NCBI GenBank assembly: GCA_904063045.1
Contig: CAJFCJ010000026.1
Location: 784,964-848,963, forward strand
Direction of reading: 5' to 3'
Length of the DNA: 64,000 nucleotides
DNA from: Dimorphilus gyrociliatus
Lineage: Eukaryota; Animalia; Annelida
Positions within the stretch are counted from its first letter, which is position 1. The number at the start of each line of letters is the position of its first letter. The notes under the pieces are model-generated. The model was not told the origin of the DNA and did not search any database. It saw nothing but the letters and a program-made list of their open reading frames with translations. Made by a program: the position numbers and the translations under genes. This document shows, one piece after another, positions 1 to 11,747 of this stretch.

Positions 1-1001
1 ATTCAACAGCATTTCTTATTTATATATACAGTCAATAGGCCAATAGTTGAATTATTTAGATATGCATACTAAGAATTAGATTGACCTTCTGGAATCTAGC
101 TATTCTCCTTGGATATTTTTTTAAATATTTAAACTAAGTGTCTCTTTCTCTTCTGCTTCTTCACGATACTTTCAATTAACTTTCAAGAGAAATAGACCTG
201 CTTACGGTTCTCGTTGTAGAGATGTACTGTTCCTCAGTTCTTTCTGCTTGAATCTCTGACAATAGGACAATTCAAAGATAACACTTTTATACAATAAACA
301 TAATTAGAACCTTTAATTGAATTTGTTCTTTTTTTCAACTTTTCTCGACTCAATCGAATTTTAGAAAGGAGAAAAAGTGCTTATTACACTATATAGCATT
401 TACATTCATGCGATTTTCTTTGACGATGGCTGTAGGTGAACAAGAGCATGGATTTGAAGAGAAAGTCTGCTCAATCATCCTGTAATTAATAATGATATTA
501 TCTAGGCATAAATCAATTGGAAAGTTCAATTTCTACAGTCTAATACAATGAGAAGATTATGGGGAAAATCTTTCCAAAAGAGAAGATGACTCGAAGAAGA
601 AGAAAAGAAATGAGAGAGAGAGATTTTGAATATAGTCCAACTAAAAAAAATGACAAGGATTAAATGATCTGAACAAAGCAAACTGTTGAAAATGGAATTG
701 TTGTATAGCATCTAGTAATAAACAAGACAATTGTTGCTATTTGAAATCAACGTTAATCCTTGACACTTTCATCAATGAACAGTAGGCCTTCTTCATTTTC
801 AACGTCAGGCTCGGTGTTGTGTGGTTGAAGCTTTTTCGTTGTATAACAAAGCTTCATCTTATCGCATGTATGATTGTGTTCCTTCCGTAGATTCGTAACG
901 ACAAGGAAATTTCCAGTCGAGCCGGCAAACAGAGTAAATCCAGCCTTGCAGTCGGTTTTTCTTGTCCTGCGTTTGTTGAAAAGAGTATATAAAATAAATA
1001 G

Positions 1002-1026
1002 GAAGAAGAAGAAGAAGAAGAAGAAG
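1002..1026 (+). repeat. (GAA)n microsatellite
   Basis: About 8 perfect GAA units; explains the poly-K/F/S stretches in the overlapping ORFs at 753-1113. Confidence 0.95.
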
Positions 1027-3299
1027 AGTAGCACCTTTGTTTACGGATTCCTCTGCCTTTACTTTCGTAGGATCCCCACCTCTCGCACCGATATTTCACA
1101 TAGGAATATTTAATGTCATCCCTGAAGATATTGGAACAAAGATGAAAGCAATGAATAGTGAATTATAGTGATTATTGATACTTGAAATGTCTTAATGGCG
1201 CTTTCTTCCTGCCCCTTTCAAGGGTTGTAGAGTCAACGACGACGAAATGGCATTTTCCCTCCTTTTCGTATGAACTCAATGCAGAGAGAAAAGATTGAAA
1301 CGACGAATATTTGCTGCCTTCGTTAAGTTCTTCGTCCACTTCAAATATTCAAATATGAAAGAAAAATGAAAACATTTCAATATTTGAAAAACCGTCTCTG
1401 CCGGATGTTGTTTTTTTATTGTTAAATATAATTAAACATTCCTACTACAACGGCCATTATTAATCTATTCAATGTTATCCTATATTCATTTCAATTTAAA
1501 ACAAACTTTTCAATGGTTTTCTCCTACAAAATTCGCAATTTCACAATATCTCAGCTTCCAACTGACAGCCAGGGAAACGTTTCCTCCCGCCAATGTTGAA
1601 ACAACTACTTCCGGTTTCTCTCTGTAAAGTATAAAATACATTTAATAGATGACGATAAAACGACTAAACAACAAAAATCGCGTTCAGATTGCCTAGCTTC
1701 TCTCTTTTCTGAGAGTAAAAAGAACTTTTCTTAAAGCAAATTAATTACTTCTTTGAGAAGTTATCGGGTACCAGATTATAGAAATATAATTTCCGGTATA
1801 TGAGTCCATGGTACCGTACTGTACCACCGCCCAGTCAGTTTGGTTCTGACCAGACCCCCTGTTGTGCAGCAGGTTGAAATTTGCATGAATTTTTCTGTTT
1901 CCGAGAACTTTAAGTACTGATTTGCAAGCAACTCTTCTTTAAAATATGCTACGAGACTGTTGACTTTATGGTATGTGTTACCAACTTTTTTTTTCCAGCT
2001 AAATAATTATTTTATGAAAATGCCGCCATCTTGAAAATATTTTAAATTGTCTTTTCTCTTTTTTTCTTTAATAGGTTTATGCTGATTACAAAGCGCTTGG
2101 CAAGATATCTCTTAGGTGATCTGGTCTGCGCATTGAGATTATTCTCGTCGAGTTTATTTCATGAAGAATCAAGTTATCATCAACACACCGTAGCGACAAG
2201 CCGTTGAATGTAATCCTTCTCTTCGTCTACGAGTGTCTCTGTTCATGAGTTTGCTAGAAAACTATTTACAAGTCATTTGTTGATATAGTCTATATTCAGT
2301 GAAACGTCTTACTTTTTATCAGGCGATTTTTTTCCTGAACAAATCTCCGGATTATCATTTCAATTCCCAAAAACAAACTTTGAACGAATAGATGAATTTA
2401 TAATTTCACTGAACTTTCAACAAATTTTTTTCGTCCTTATTCAAATTGATACTTCTTTAATATTGGAATACAAAAGCAATTCAGCATTTTGATTGACTAA
2501 AATTGACTATTAATTCTTTTTATAACAACTTCGGCAATTACTTGGTAGTAATAGATCTTCAAAATGATAATCGGGTCCTTTTAATCCATCTATAGAGATA
2601 ATAAAAAAAATTGATAATTGTTTATTATAAAAAGAGATAATCTTAAAAATTTATCATATTTATCTCCTAAGATTTTTGGAAATGGAATATTATATTGATG
2701 CTTATATTGGAGTATATACAGTAGTATCCACTCACTTACCTACTCATTGTTCCTTATTACCCTAGCCTCGGTCGTTTGTTTTGTTATTGAAATTAAATAA
2801 ATAAGAGAACGCAACGTTTGTCCATTATTTTCCATTCTTATCATTTGCTTCCTTATAAGATCTAATACGAATATCTTTTATTTTAAATTTTTTTTTGTTA
2901 CTTAAGCAAACAATCTTCCACTTTTTAAACGTTCGTTGTTGATGAATAAAGCTGAAGCGAAACCATGGCAATCTAGTTATCTTTTGTCTTGTAGCAAGTT
3001 TAATAGAACGGATAATCTTTTTTTAACTTTTCTTATTTTGTTCAAAATAATCATTTCTTTTTAAAGAGTCAATTTCATATCTCTTCTAAATAAAAGTTGA
3101 GACTCTTCTTCAAATTTGTGAATTAAGACTGTATGAAAGAATTATATTATTTCATAAAGAAACGTTTTTATAGAACCAATATTAAATAATTAGCATCCTT
3201 TCCTAAAAGTGTCCTCAATTTGATTGTCTACGCAGAAAAGCAATTGTCAAGAGACGGCTAAGTTACAATAACATCTTTTCGCATAGGATGCAAACTGGA

Positions 3300-3655
3300 A
3301 CAATAACTGGAACTGACAAGCCCCTTATTGCTCACACACTATAAGCCCAAGGGTTAGTGTAGCTATTAGAACCTACCATCTAATGTAGCAGTTCCCAACC
3401 TAAGCTTTCTCTGTCTCTCCAATAACTGAACCACTATTCAAAATTTGAGCTAAATCAGCCCGGGAGTTATGGCGATTTGAAATTAACGGTGGTTGGTGCA
3501 CTGGCAGCTGACTACCTTAGTCTTTCACTTACTAGTAACCTTTCAAATAACCGCAGATATGGCAATCAATCAATCACTTTTCATAAGCTGTATCACAGCA
3601 AGACCTAGATTCAATTTTTTGTTCCTTCATATATACAGGGTTAGGGTTACATTCT
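3300..3655 (+). mobile_element. Non-autonomous interspersed repeat (possibly Helitron/Helentron-like), copy 1
   Basis: Shares CAAAATTTGAGC(T/C)AAATC(A/G)GCCC...GGAG(T/C)TATGGCG(A/C)TTTGAAA, GACCTAGA(T/A)TCAATT...GTTCCTTC and a terminal AGGGTTAGGGTTA with the inverted copy at ~34880-35210. Class assignment is inferred from motif resemblance only. Confidence 0.45.
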
Positions 3656-5143
3656 AGAAGTAAACTCCAATAATACAGCTCATTTCTGTATGTAGCATCT
3701 ACATTAGGCTATTTATTAATATGTGATAATATTAGTAGACGATTTACTTTTAGATAATTCTGATGCAGGAAGAAGGAAAATATCAAAAGTCTAGTATTAT
3801 CACGCTTTCTCTCTTGTTTCTTAAAGATGTCTATATCAATCTATTCAAGAGAATAATTTAATAAGTGTTTGCCTCCTAAAATCGGCTATTAGTTTGAGTT
3901 AAACTGTACATTATTATACAATCTTCACCTGTCTATTCAGGAAAGTTCTCTCTTCTTTAACAAGGTTCTGTAACCAATGATTTTTTGGAGACCTCTATAT
4001 ATTCTAATAATCTCTTCTGAAGATTTATCCCTCATCTATTCCTACAATTTCGTTCTCTCTCAACCTTCTTGATTCATTCTAAAACAAAAAATTAATTATA
4101 TTTACTTATTATTGAATGTATCTAACTTTTACATTTGATTCAAACAAAGAAACAAAGAACTTTGATGATAGATATTAGACTTTTCTTTATTTATTTCTTT
4201 CTCAATAAACCTTCTCTTCGCCGATACTTCTAAAGTGAAAATATTCTCTGTTTTACAGTTTGAACCATCTTATCAATAAAATGATTTAATGTTTTAACCT
4301 TATGACATATATTTAGTGTGGATGTCATAAGATAACAGAGTATTTAAACATTTTATTGATTGAAAAACGCTAAAATCTTACAAAAACAGCTATATCATAA
4401 CAAAATGGCCGACTACGTGTATGACGTCATTGTTATTATCGTACTTATATAATGAACACAAATGTTTCTCTTTTAAATAAAATTCATTATATATAAATCA
4501 CAATTAAAAGAAATTTAGAAAGTAAAAATACGAAAAATTATTTGTATTCATATCACCATGTTTACGAAGGATTTAGCGCCCGGTATGAGTTTTATCTGGA
4601 AAATACTTGTTATTTAGAGACTATGTACGTTTGTTTATGCGTAGCTACAACTGCAACTATTCGATCTTTCTATTTAGAGTAATAACCACTATGATATTTT
4701 GTTAATGTAGAGATTATAAAAGTTTTTTTTTTGCGCAGGTTGTAACAAATCGATATTCCGATTCTCTTTGCAGTTGAAAAGGAAACATCTAGCAGCCTCC
4801 TCTATTAACATCTAATAGATAGTTTTCTATTCATTGATGTTATAAGTTTTTTTGCCCTAAATTAATTGATTTAGAATTCGTGTTATTATGTAATTAATAT
4901 TGTTTGTCAAAGAAAAATGAATACTAATCTTATCTTATTGTTTACAATGTTTAATTGCAAAATTTATGGTAAAAATAAGGATTCAATAAGAACATTAGAT
5001 GCTAAAATAGTTTTGTAAATTGACTAAGAAAAGTAAAAAATTGCTGAAGAAGAAAAGAGACTTTTTTAAATTAAAAAAAAAGATAAAAGAATAATTGTCT
5101 TGATAGATTTCTCTTCTTCTTATTCTGATCTTGATCTTTATTG

Positions 5144-5803
5144 TTATCTTGATGCACTTTGAAAAGTTTGAGCAGCTGCCAAGAGGTCGTCGATGCAGGC
5201 TTCACGGTGCCATAGTTCTTGAACTTTCTTTGCCGTAAATTCGTCTGTTAAACCTAAAACGAAGAATGATGAGAGCATAACATCAATATCAGCGCAGCCT
5301 ATTTGATGAATAAGAATCCTAAGCTCTGCGAGAAATTCTTCTGGAGTTTCGTCAGGTCTTTGCTTACGTTGTCCGAGACGACGTAGAGCTTCGCCAGCGG
5401 GTAGGTAACTTTGGGTACACGACATGAAATCTCTAACTCTATTCCATTCCCATTTGGTTGGATCAGGACCGAATATCTGAGCCATTCTTAATCGGTTTTC
5501 CTCCGGTATAGAGCTAAGGATAAGCCTTAATTTTTCCTCATTTGTTTCTTGGAGTACAAAATCTACTGTCATAAAAAAATGTTGCCAATTTGTCCGACTC
5601 GTCACAGGAGGTAACAAACGAGATGGACTCATTGTGCTTGATAATGATTGATTATCAAAATTCGACATTAAATTATGTTGGTTGATTATAAGGAACCTTA
5701 TCAGATTTTCACTTGAACCAGACGGCTGAAGAGAAGCGAATTCAGAAGAAGCAAATCGAATACTCACTGAAATTTCAATATAGTTTATAGGCCTACGAAA
5801 CAT
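5144..5803 (-). CDS. Stand-alone Ty3/gypsy (Mag-like) Gag/capsid-domain protein, 219 aa
   Basis: Uninterrupted ORF containing QRKQRPDETPEEFLAELRILIHQIGC...FFVLGLTD, matching the retrotransposon gag pattern R-x-Q-x3-E-x3-E-F-x2-E-L...F-V-x-G-L. No CCHC knuckle, protease or RT follows the stop. Confidence 0.75.
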   Translation of the reverse strand: MFRRPINYIEISVSIRFASSEFASLQPSGSSENLIRFLIINQHNLMSNFDNQSLSSTMSPSRLLPPVTSRTNWQHFFMTVDFVLQETNEEKLRLILSSIPEENRLRMAQIFGPDPTKWEWNRVRDFMSCTQSYLPAGEALRRLGQRKQRPDETPEEFLAELRILIHQIGCADIDVMLSSFFVLGLTDEFTAKKVQELWHREACIDDLLAAAQTFQSASR

Positions 5804-6024
5804 TGCTATGGATTGAATTAGTTTAATTCTTTCTCAAGCTTTTTCTTTCTCTTTTTTATCTAGTAATTAAAATTTATAAGATCGATAGTATAATTATCAT
5901 ATTTTATTCGTCGTCATAGGTTAGATAGCGCCATAAACGAAGCGTTACTTGTAATAGCAGAGCATCAACTAATTAATTATTCATTTGTAAAGATTTAGAA
6001 TACGAGAAACAATTGAATAACAAA

Positions 6025-6601
6025 TTAATTTAGTCGATAAACTGCATCGTACAATTCTCTATCTAGACGAGCGATAGAACTTTCTTCTTGTTCAACTTTC
6101 TTTTTGTTAGCGATCTTTCTCTTGCCTCTTTTCTTTTGCTTTTTAGTTCGCTTCTTATCCAAAGCTGGAGTTGTTGTGTTTTTTAAACAACGGCGTCGTC
6201 TTCTCTTAGTCGGAGAACCAAAAAAATTTATCAAAGTAGGAATAGCGATTGGAAGAAGACTTATTTTTTCAAAACTATTGAAACAATTATCAGTAAAGTG
6301 TGCAGAACATACTTTACGACGTTTTAAAATTTCTGGATTATGTTTAAATTCATGGTCCAGATCGTCATTACCCAAATTTCGGACCCATAGTCTCCTTCTT
6401 AAAAAGGGCAACAATTATAATTTAAAAATAATTTTTCTAATTAAAAAGAGAAATAATCTACCTTTGATAATCTCTTGGAAAAGAATGATATTTAACATGA
6501 CGATCCCTGGTCGAAACATTTCTACAGTTGTACGCCTGACATACGAGACCGCCACGTTTGGGAGGCACGGAACCGGCTTGTAAGTTCACCTCTTGAATCA
6601 T
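6025..6601 (-). CDS. THAP zinc-finger protein 1 (2 exons: 6601-6462, 6397-6025)
   Basis: ATG at 6601. Exon 1 gives CQAYNC...YHSFPRDYQR; a 64-nt GT..AG intron (6461-6398, phase 2) joins in frame to RLWVRNL...VCSAHF...AIPTL, completing the C2CH THAP signature and AVPT box; basic C-terminal tail. Confidence 0.88.
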
Positions 6602-7703
6602 TTTAGGGAAGTTTAATGCCGAATTCTATCAGCAGTTTGAAAAATTTACGCACCTGTACAAAGAAAAAGTTACTATTGTATCATTTAATGTTTCTAGTGC
6701 ATTTAAAGTTTATATTTTACCGTAATTAATCAATACAAATTCGCGTAAAGTCTTTTCCAGAAGCTGTAAAGCTCGTTTCCACTAATGAAAGAAAATGCAC
6801 ACTTAATATAGTCAACAATGTCATTCTGAAAAATAAAATGGCGACCCTCTTATTATTTTTAATATCTACCATTATTCTTTTAATTTTTTTAAATATAGAT
6901 TTAGTATATCTGAAAAAAATACTAATTTTCGTAAACTACTTTTTTGAAATATTATTTGTAATATTTTAAATATATATTATTATTTAATTAAATAAATATG
7001 TTATTTACGAAAATAGAAAATATTGAATGATCATATTTGGTCAGTTCCCACTAATTCGTAACAAAACAAAGCGGTCTGCAAAATAATTAAAAAGCAAAGA
7101 GTTTACAGTTATATCTCAATAATAAAAACAACAACGCTATTACACTACAAAAGCAACCTATTGGAGATAAGTTGTTTGATAATTGGAGCTCGCGATTGGC
7201 TATAAACTAAGTAAAACAAGAAGAATTGAAATATTAAGAGAATACTATAAACGCACAATAGTGTAGAAAGTATCTAATGATGAACGAATGGTTTGAGAAA
7301 AACGGTGTAATTGCATATTTTATTCTTTCAATTATTCTGGGTATAAGTTTGTACAAGAAAAAAATCACAAAATCACAATGATTCGTCATTCATCCTCAAT
7401 TCTTTATCTATCTTCAAGAGCATACAGGTGTTTATAGTTGTAATTGTTTAAGTAAGAAAAACGCTATAATTGATTATAATCGGTTTGAGACTAGTTTTGA
7501 ACAATAGACAAGAGTAAGACTTAACTAGATGTTTGAGATAATCGACGTACAACAATAAATACCCCGGTGCTTGAATATATTTATTTCTAATGATTAAATA
7601 TTTTGTTCGAATTGCGTAAACTGTTAGACTATTCATTGTAAATAAATAATATACATAATACGCTGAAAATATATAATCTTGAAACAGTTTTTAAAAACAA
7701 GCA

Positions 7704-8594
7704 CTAGGAACATTCGCTCTTGATAGAATTAATCGGCATAGATCGTTGTCTGGAGCGATATATCTCCTCGCCTTCTGTAATAACGTCCAGAAAAGCGCTC
7801 CACGATAAATTCCTTATCCACTCGTTTCTTCCTTGAAAAATTGGATAACTTTGAGCTGCTCGAATTACTTGCTGAATTTTAATGAAGTCACGTTGCTGCG
7901 GAGGAAAAGCCTGATCTACCAAATTGCTAATACGTTTTGCAAATTGATGCAGTCTTTCATAATTCGAGTCCCATATCTCGGAGAAAATAATCATTTGTTG
8001 AGCCTCCCTTCTCCTTTCGCCGTCAAATTCCCTCGTAAATGCGGTATTTAGTTGCTGCCAAGTCAACTGATCATATTGAAGAAGGTATGAAAAGATGGAC
8101 TTGGCTGGACTGTCCAGGACATGGTTGAGTACAATTAATCTCGTTTGTTCAGACAATGTTGAACATACTCTTTGAAAACTTTCCTTGTATTGGGACCAGG
8201 ATATCTCCTGTAAATCTCCCGACCAACGATCCAATCTGTCCACTGCCAATTGGACGCCTCTTTGCTGCTCTGGTGTTGAACTAACCAAAAAATCTGGTTG
8301 GGTAAAGTTCTCGTGAGGTGATGATAGAGAGCCGCTTCCTGGTGTTGTTATAGATATTCCCGAAGTGAACATCATCGGCAATGGCGAAGCTGCTATAGCA
8401 ATTTTTCGCTCCTCTTCCAAAGCTTTGACTCTCTTCGCCATTCTTTCTAAAGACCGATTCATCAATTCCAAGGTTCCCAAAATTCGTGAAATTGAAAATT
8501 CTCTCATATTTTCGGGATTTAAGGCTTCTAAATCTCTTATCTCTCTTTTAATAGGCCTACTCACTTGGTTGTTATTGTCGGAATTTGAAGCCAT
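7704..8594 (-). CDS. Stand-alone Ty3/gypsy-type Gag/capsid protein with N-terminal coiled coil (~296 aa from ATG 8594)
   Basis: Uninterrupted ORF (track start at 8639 is GTG). Heptad-like LELMNRSLERMAKRVKALEEERK, S/P-rich linker, then capsid-like RWSGD..SW..YKESF...LDSPAKSIF...LTWQQLNTAFTREF..ERLHQFAKRI. No zinc knuckle or pol downstream. Confidence 0.72.
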   Translation of the reverse strand: MASNSDNNNQVSRPIKREIRDLEALNPENMREFSISRILGTLELMNRSLERMAKRVKALEEERKIAIAASPLPMMFTSGISITTPGSGSLSSPHENFTQPDFLVSSTPEQQRGVQLAVDRLDRWSGDLQEISWSQYKESFQRVCSTLSEQTRLIVLNHVLDSPAKSIFSYLLQYDQLTWQQLNTAFTREFDGERRREAQQMIIFSEIWDSNYERLHQFAKRISNLVDQAFPPQQRDFIKIQQVIRAAQSYPIFQGRNEWIRNLSWSAFLDVITEGEEIYRSRQRSMPINSIKSECS

Positions 8595-9772
8595 AACAAC
8601 TTTTGTGTCGGTTTCTAAGGAATCAAATGTGGCACACACTTCAACTTTAAATTGTTTCTGTTTGGGATATCTGCTGAAAAATATAAACTATTACTATTAC
8701 ACGGCGACCAGATTATGGACAATGATAAAATTTCAAAGTTACTTACACAAAATAATTCGTCGTCTTTCAGATGGACTAATAAAGACACGAACTAGCCTGT
8801 TGTTTTCCTAAACTGTCTTTTACAATTTCTGTCACCACAAATAAGTCTCCTCATTCGACGCAGCAGCACAAGTGCCAAGTTGGCGCAAATAAGAAAGGAT
8901 ATGACGTCAAATTAAGAGCACAGGCTACATCATTTCCTGTCTCGTCACCAGAAGCACGTGACGTTCGACGAAAAATTTCAAAAGTTCGATTTGTTTTTTA
9001 TATAAATAAATTATTAAATAAAAGAGGATTTTCATGAAAATAGATTAAATTAATTTTTAAAAATCATATCGCATAAGGTATAGTCTTTAAAATAGTAAAT
9101 AGAGAATAAAATTGGAAGAAGATTCATTTTCAAAGTCACAAAGCGATGATCTGTTTATTGATAATATCAATCCTTAAGAGCCTTCACAATCTAACGAATA
9201 ATCAATAGCACAAATGCTATAAATAATTATCACTAATTGTCAGATAAGCACAAAAGATTGGTATTTTTCCTTCACAAAGATTCAAAGCGATGCTAAACGT
9301 AGGGCGACGTCTGTCAAATTCTGCACAGTCAAGAGTTCTGCAATCAATTGAATTATATATATTAGTACATAATAAATATATAATTAGATGACTAATTTTG
9401 TTAATGTTTGGTGTCTTAAAAAGGTTTTTCGGTGTTAATCAATTTCAACGAAATTCATTGAAAAATTGCAGTGTGCTTTCCATTTGTTTAACTAAATGAC
9501 TATCTATTGTTTGTTTCCGAGTTACAAGCATAATTTTGGATAAATATTTGTAAAAGGATAATTCTTAAATAATCCTTTTTCTTGTATGATGAATTTTTAC
9601 GGGTAAATCAAACTTTAAATATTTGTATGATCAGAATTTCGTGCCAAAAAAAAACAACGCAATTTACGGATATCCGTTTAATTAATTTTTAAATTGCAGA
9701 CAACAGGAAATAGATCATCTCTTCCCAACAATAGCAAACATTCGTTAACATTTACCTAAGAAATTAGCGATA

Positions 9773-10457
9773 ATGACATCCGGTGGTGGTTACAATTGTG
9801 TGTCTTATAAATGCTATAATAACTCGTTAAGAGATCGATCTGTTAAATATCATCAGTTTCCAAAGGATTTAGATAGGTAAGCTAACGTTTCTCTTTACAT
9901 AGAAAATCCCGATTCGTAATGAAAGCACTCTTTTCTTAGGAATTCTAATACATTTTCTTATTACAGAGCTGCAATTTGGGTACGCAATTTAAATAATGCC
10001 GAGCTGCAATCAAAATTTGATAAGAATAAAGATTGCATTAAATTCAAGAAAGTTTGCTCCGAACACTTCGAAACAAGAGAATTCAACAATCCGGATAGAT
10101 TATACTTGAAGCCTTACGCAATACCAACAATCATTAAAGGTGTGAAACCCCCACCTTCTTATTATAAGAAGCGAGAACTGATGATAAAATATCACAAAAA
10201 TGTTAGTAATTTAATAACTGAATTATCTAATTAAAGACTTAAGCTAATTTTTTAGATGCCTTGTGATTATGACTTATTAAAAAATTATATAATTACCGAT
10301 GAAGATGAGACAATGGATAAAGTAAGTTGTTCATTTTTTGAGAAAAAATTTAGATTCTATGTCTACAATTCAATACTAAAATATTTTTAATTAAAAGGTC
10401 ACAGTTGAGCAATTGAATGAACCCGAAAATTTTCATATGACAGAATTTTTAATATAA
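9773..10457 (+). CDS. THAP zinc-finger protein 2 (exons 9773-9876, 9967-10201, probably 10256-10321 and 10398-10457)
   Basis: Absent from the ORF track. MTSGGGYNCVSYKCYNNS...YHQFPKDLDR | GTAAG..TTACAG (90 nt, phase 2) | AAIWVRNL...VCSEHF...AIPTI. Two further GT..AG introns (54, 76 nt) keep frame to a stop at 10457; without them the frame stops at 10234. Confidence 0.85.
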
Positions 10458-10695
10458 GAAATTCGCTAATTTTCTTTTCCAATCTTTTCTTAGTAATACA
10501 AGTAATGATTGACATTTAATATAGAAACGATATTTAAATAATAAAACCACTAATTATGACTTATCTTATCTCTTTGCTTCATAGAGGATACAAATCTTAT
10601 CATCTCTTTTCCAATACATCTTCAGTAAAAAGAATTTTAATATTCGAAGACGATGTTCAGAAATTTAATATTTCCTGTTGCCTTGCTTAAATTGT

Positions 10696-11747
10696 TTAGG
10701 TATTTTTTTTGTACGTTTTTCGAATGTTGTAACTCATTGGAGGTTGAAAATAACTTATACCTCCATTAGGTAAAATAGAGACAAATGAATTTTGTTGACA
10801 AAGACCCAAACAGCTCCTATACTGTACCATAGAGTTTGGAGATGAATTTCCACTGAATCGGTTTACTGGTGGATAGTAATAAAATTCCGGAGGCCTATGC
10901 GACCTCGTTAGCCTGCATCTTGGCGTAAAATGTCTATGGCTAAAGTAAAAAAAGTGATCTGAAAGAGAATGTTATTATTAATAATAATTTCAAGTAAATT
11001 ATAATTAAATTCCTACTTGGAAAGTATCTTCTATAATTCTCACCACCATTTGGAAATCTCCAATCTTCAAAACAGTATAATGATTAATTAATGTATAATA
11101 GGCTTATTTTCAATTCTTACTAATTCCTTGACAGGAATGACGTAGCATGGGTGCTCCGTAGAATCGAGTATATCTGGTATCTGGTTTAATAATAATAATA
11201 ATAGAATTTAGTTAATTCGTTAAAAAATAGTTTAAATCCATACTTTTACGTCTATGAGCGTAATATGCATACCGATTACGGGGATACTGAGAACCTGCAA
11301 TGTGTAAAACTATTTTAGGCATAGTCTATTTAATAGTTATCGCTAACTAGTAGAAATATTTATCTCTTCATCCTTATTTCTCTTATATTTATGGCTATCT
11401 TTTCTTGGATCTATTGGAAATATATTATATTTCAACAGTATTAAGATAACAGTAGACGATTCTCACCTTTTGGTGAAATATCTCTATCCTGTTTATCCTC
11501 TTTGTAATCTTGACTCATTTTCATTTTATCCGATTCGTCATTTTCTGAATCAGGCGAGCTGGGAGCAGATAGACAAATACTGTCTGGCGACATTTGTTCA
11601 TTAGAGAAATCTAATAACGGTGTATCAGAGGATAAAAAATCCGAAAGTGAACATGGACTCTCTTCATTCTGAAAAAAAAATAATCAATAAGCATTTAATA
11701 GAATTGCTTTTGTTATTCTTTATCTTATAAACCTGTTCTCGGTCCAT
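10696..11747 (-). CDS. 7-exon orphan gene, ~233 aa low-complexity protein (acidic N-terminus, R/Y/F/P-rich C-terminus)
   Basis: Exons 11747-11733, 11668-11467, 11410-11348, 11294-11244, 11180-11121, 11064-11017, 10958-10696; six GT..AG introns of 53-64 nt; splices to a continuous 702-nt frame ending in TAA. No recognised domain. Confidence 0.7.

Noticed and set aside
753-1113. Three overlapping short ORFs
   Set aside because: Driven by the (GAA)n microsatellite; no domain.
4558-4830. Possible small plus-strand multi-exon gene after a YY1/CRE-like motif pair
   Set aside because: Candidate splice combinations hit stops; unresolved.
6104-6583. 159-aa plus-strand ORF
   Set aside because: Antisense shadow of THAP1; it reads through the intron and has no motif.
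7833-8811. Plus-strand ORFs 7833-8051 and 8365-8811
   Set aside because: Antisense shadows of the Gag ORF.
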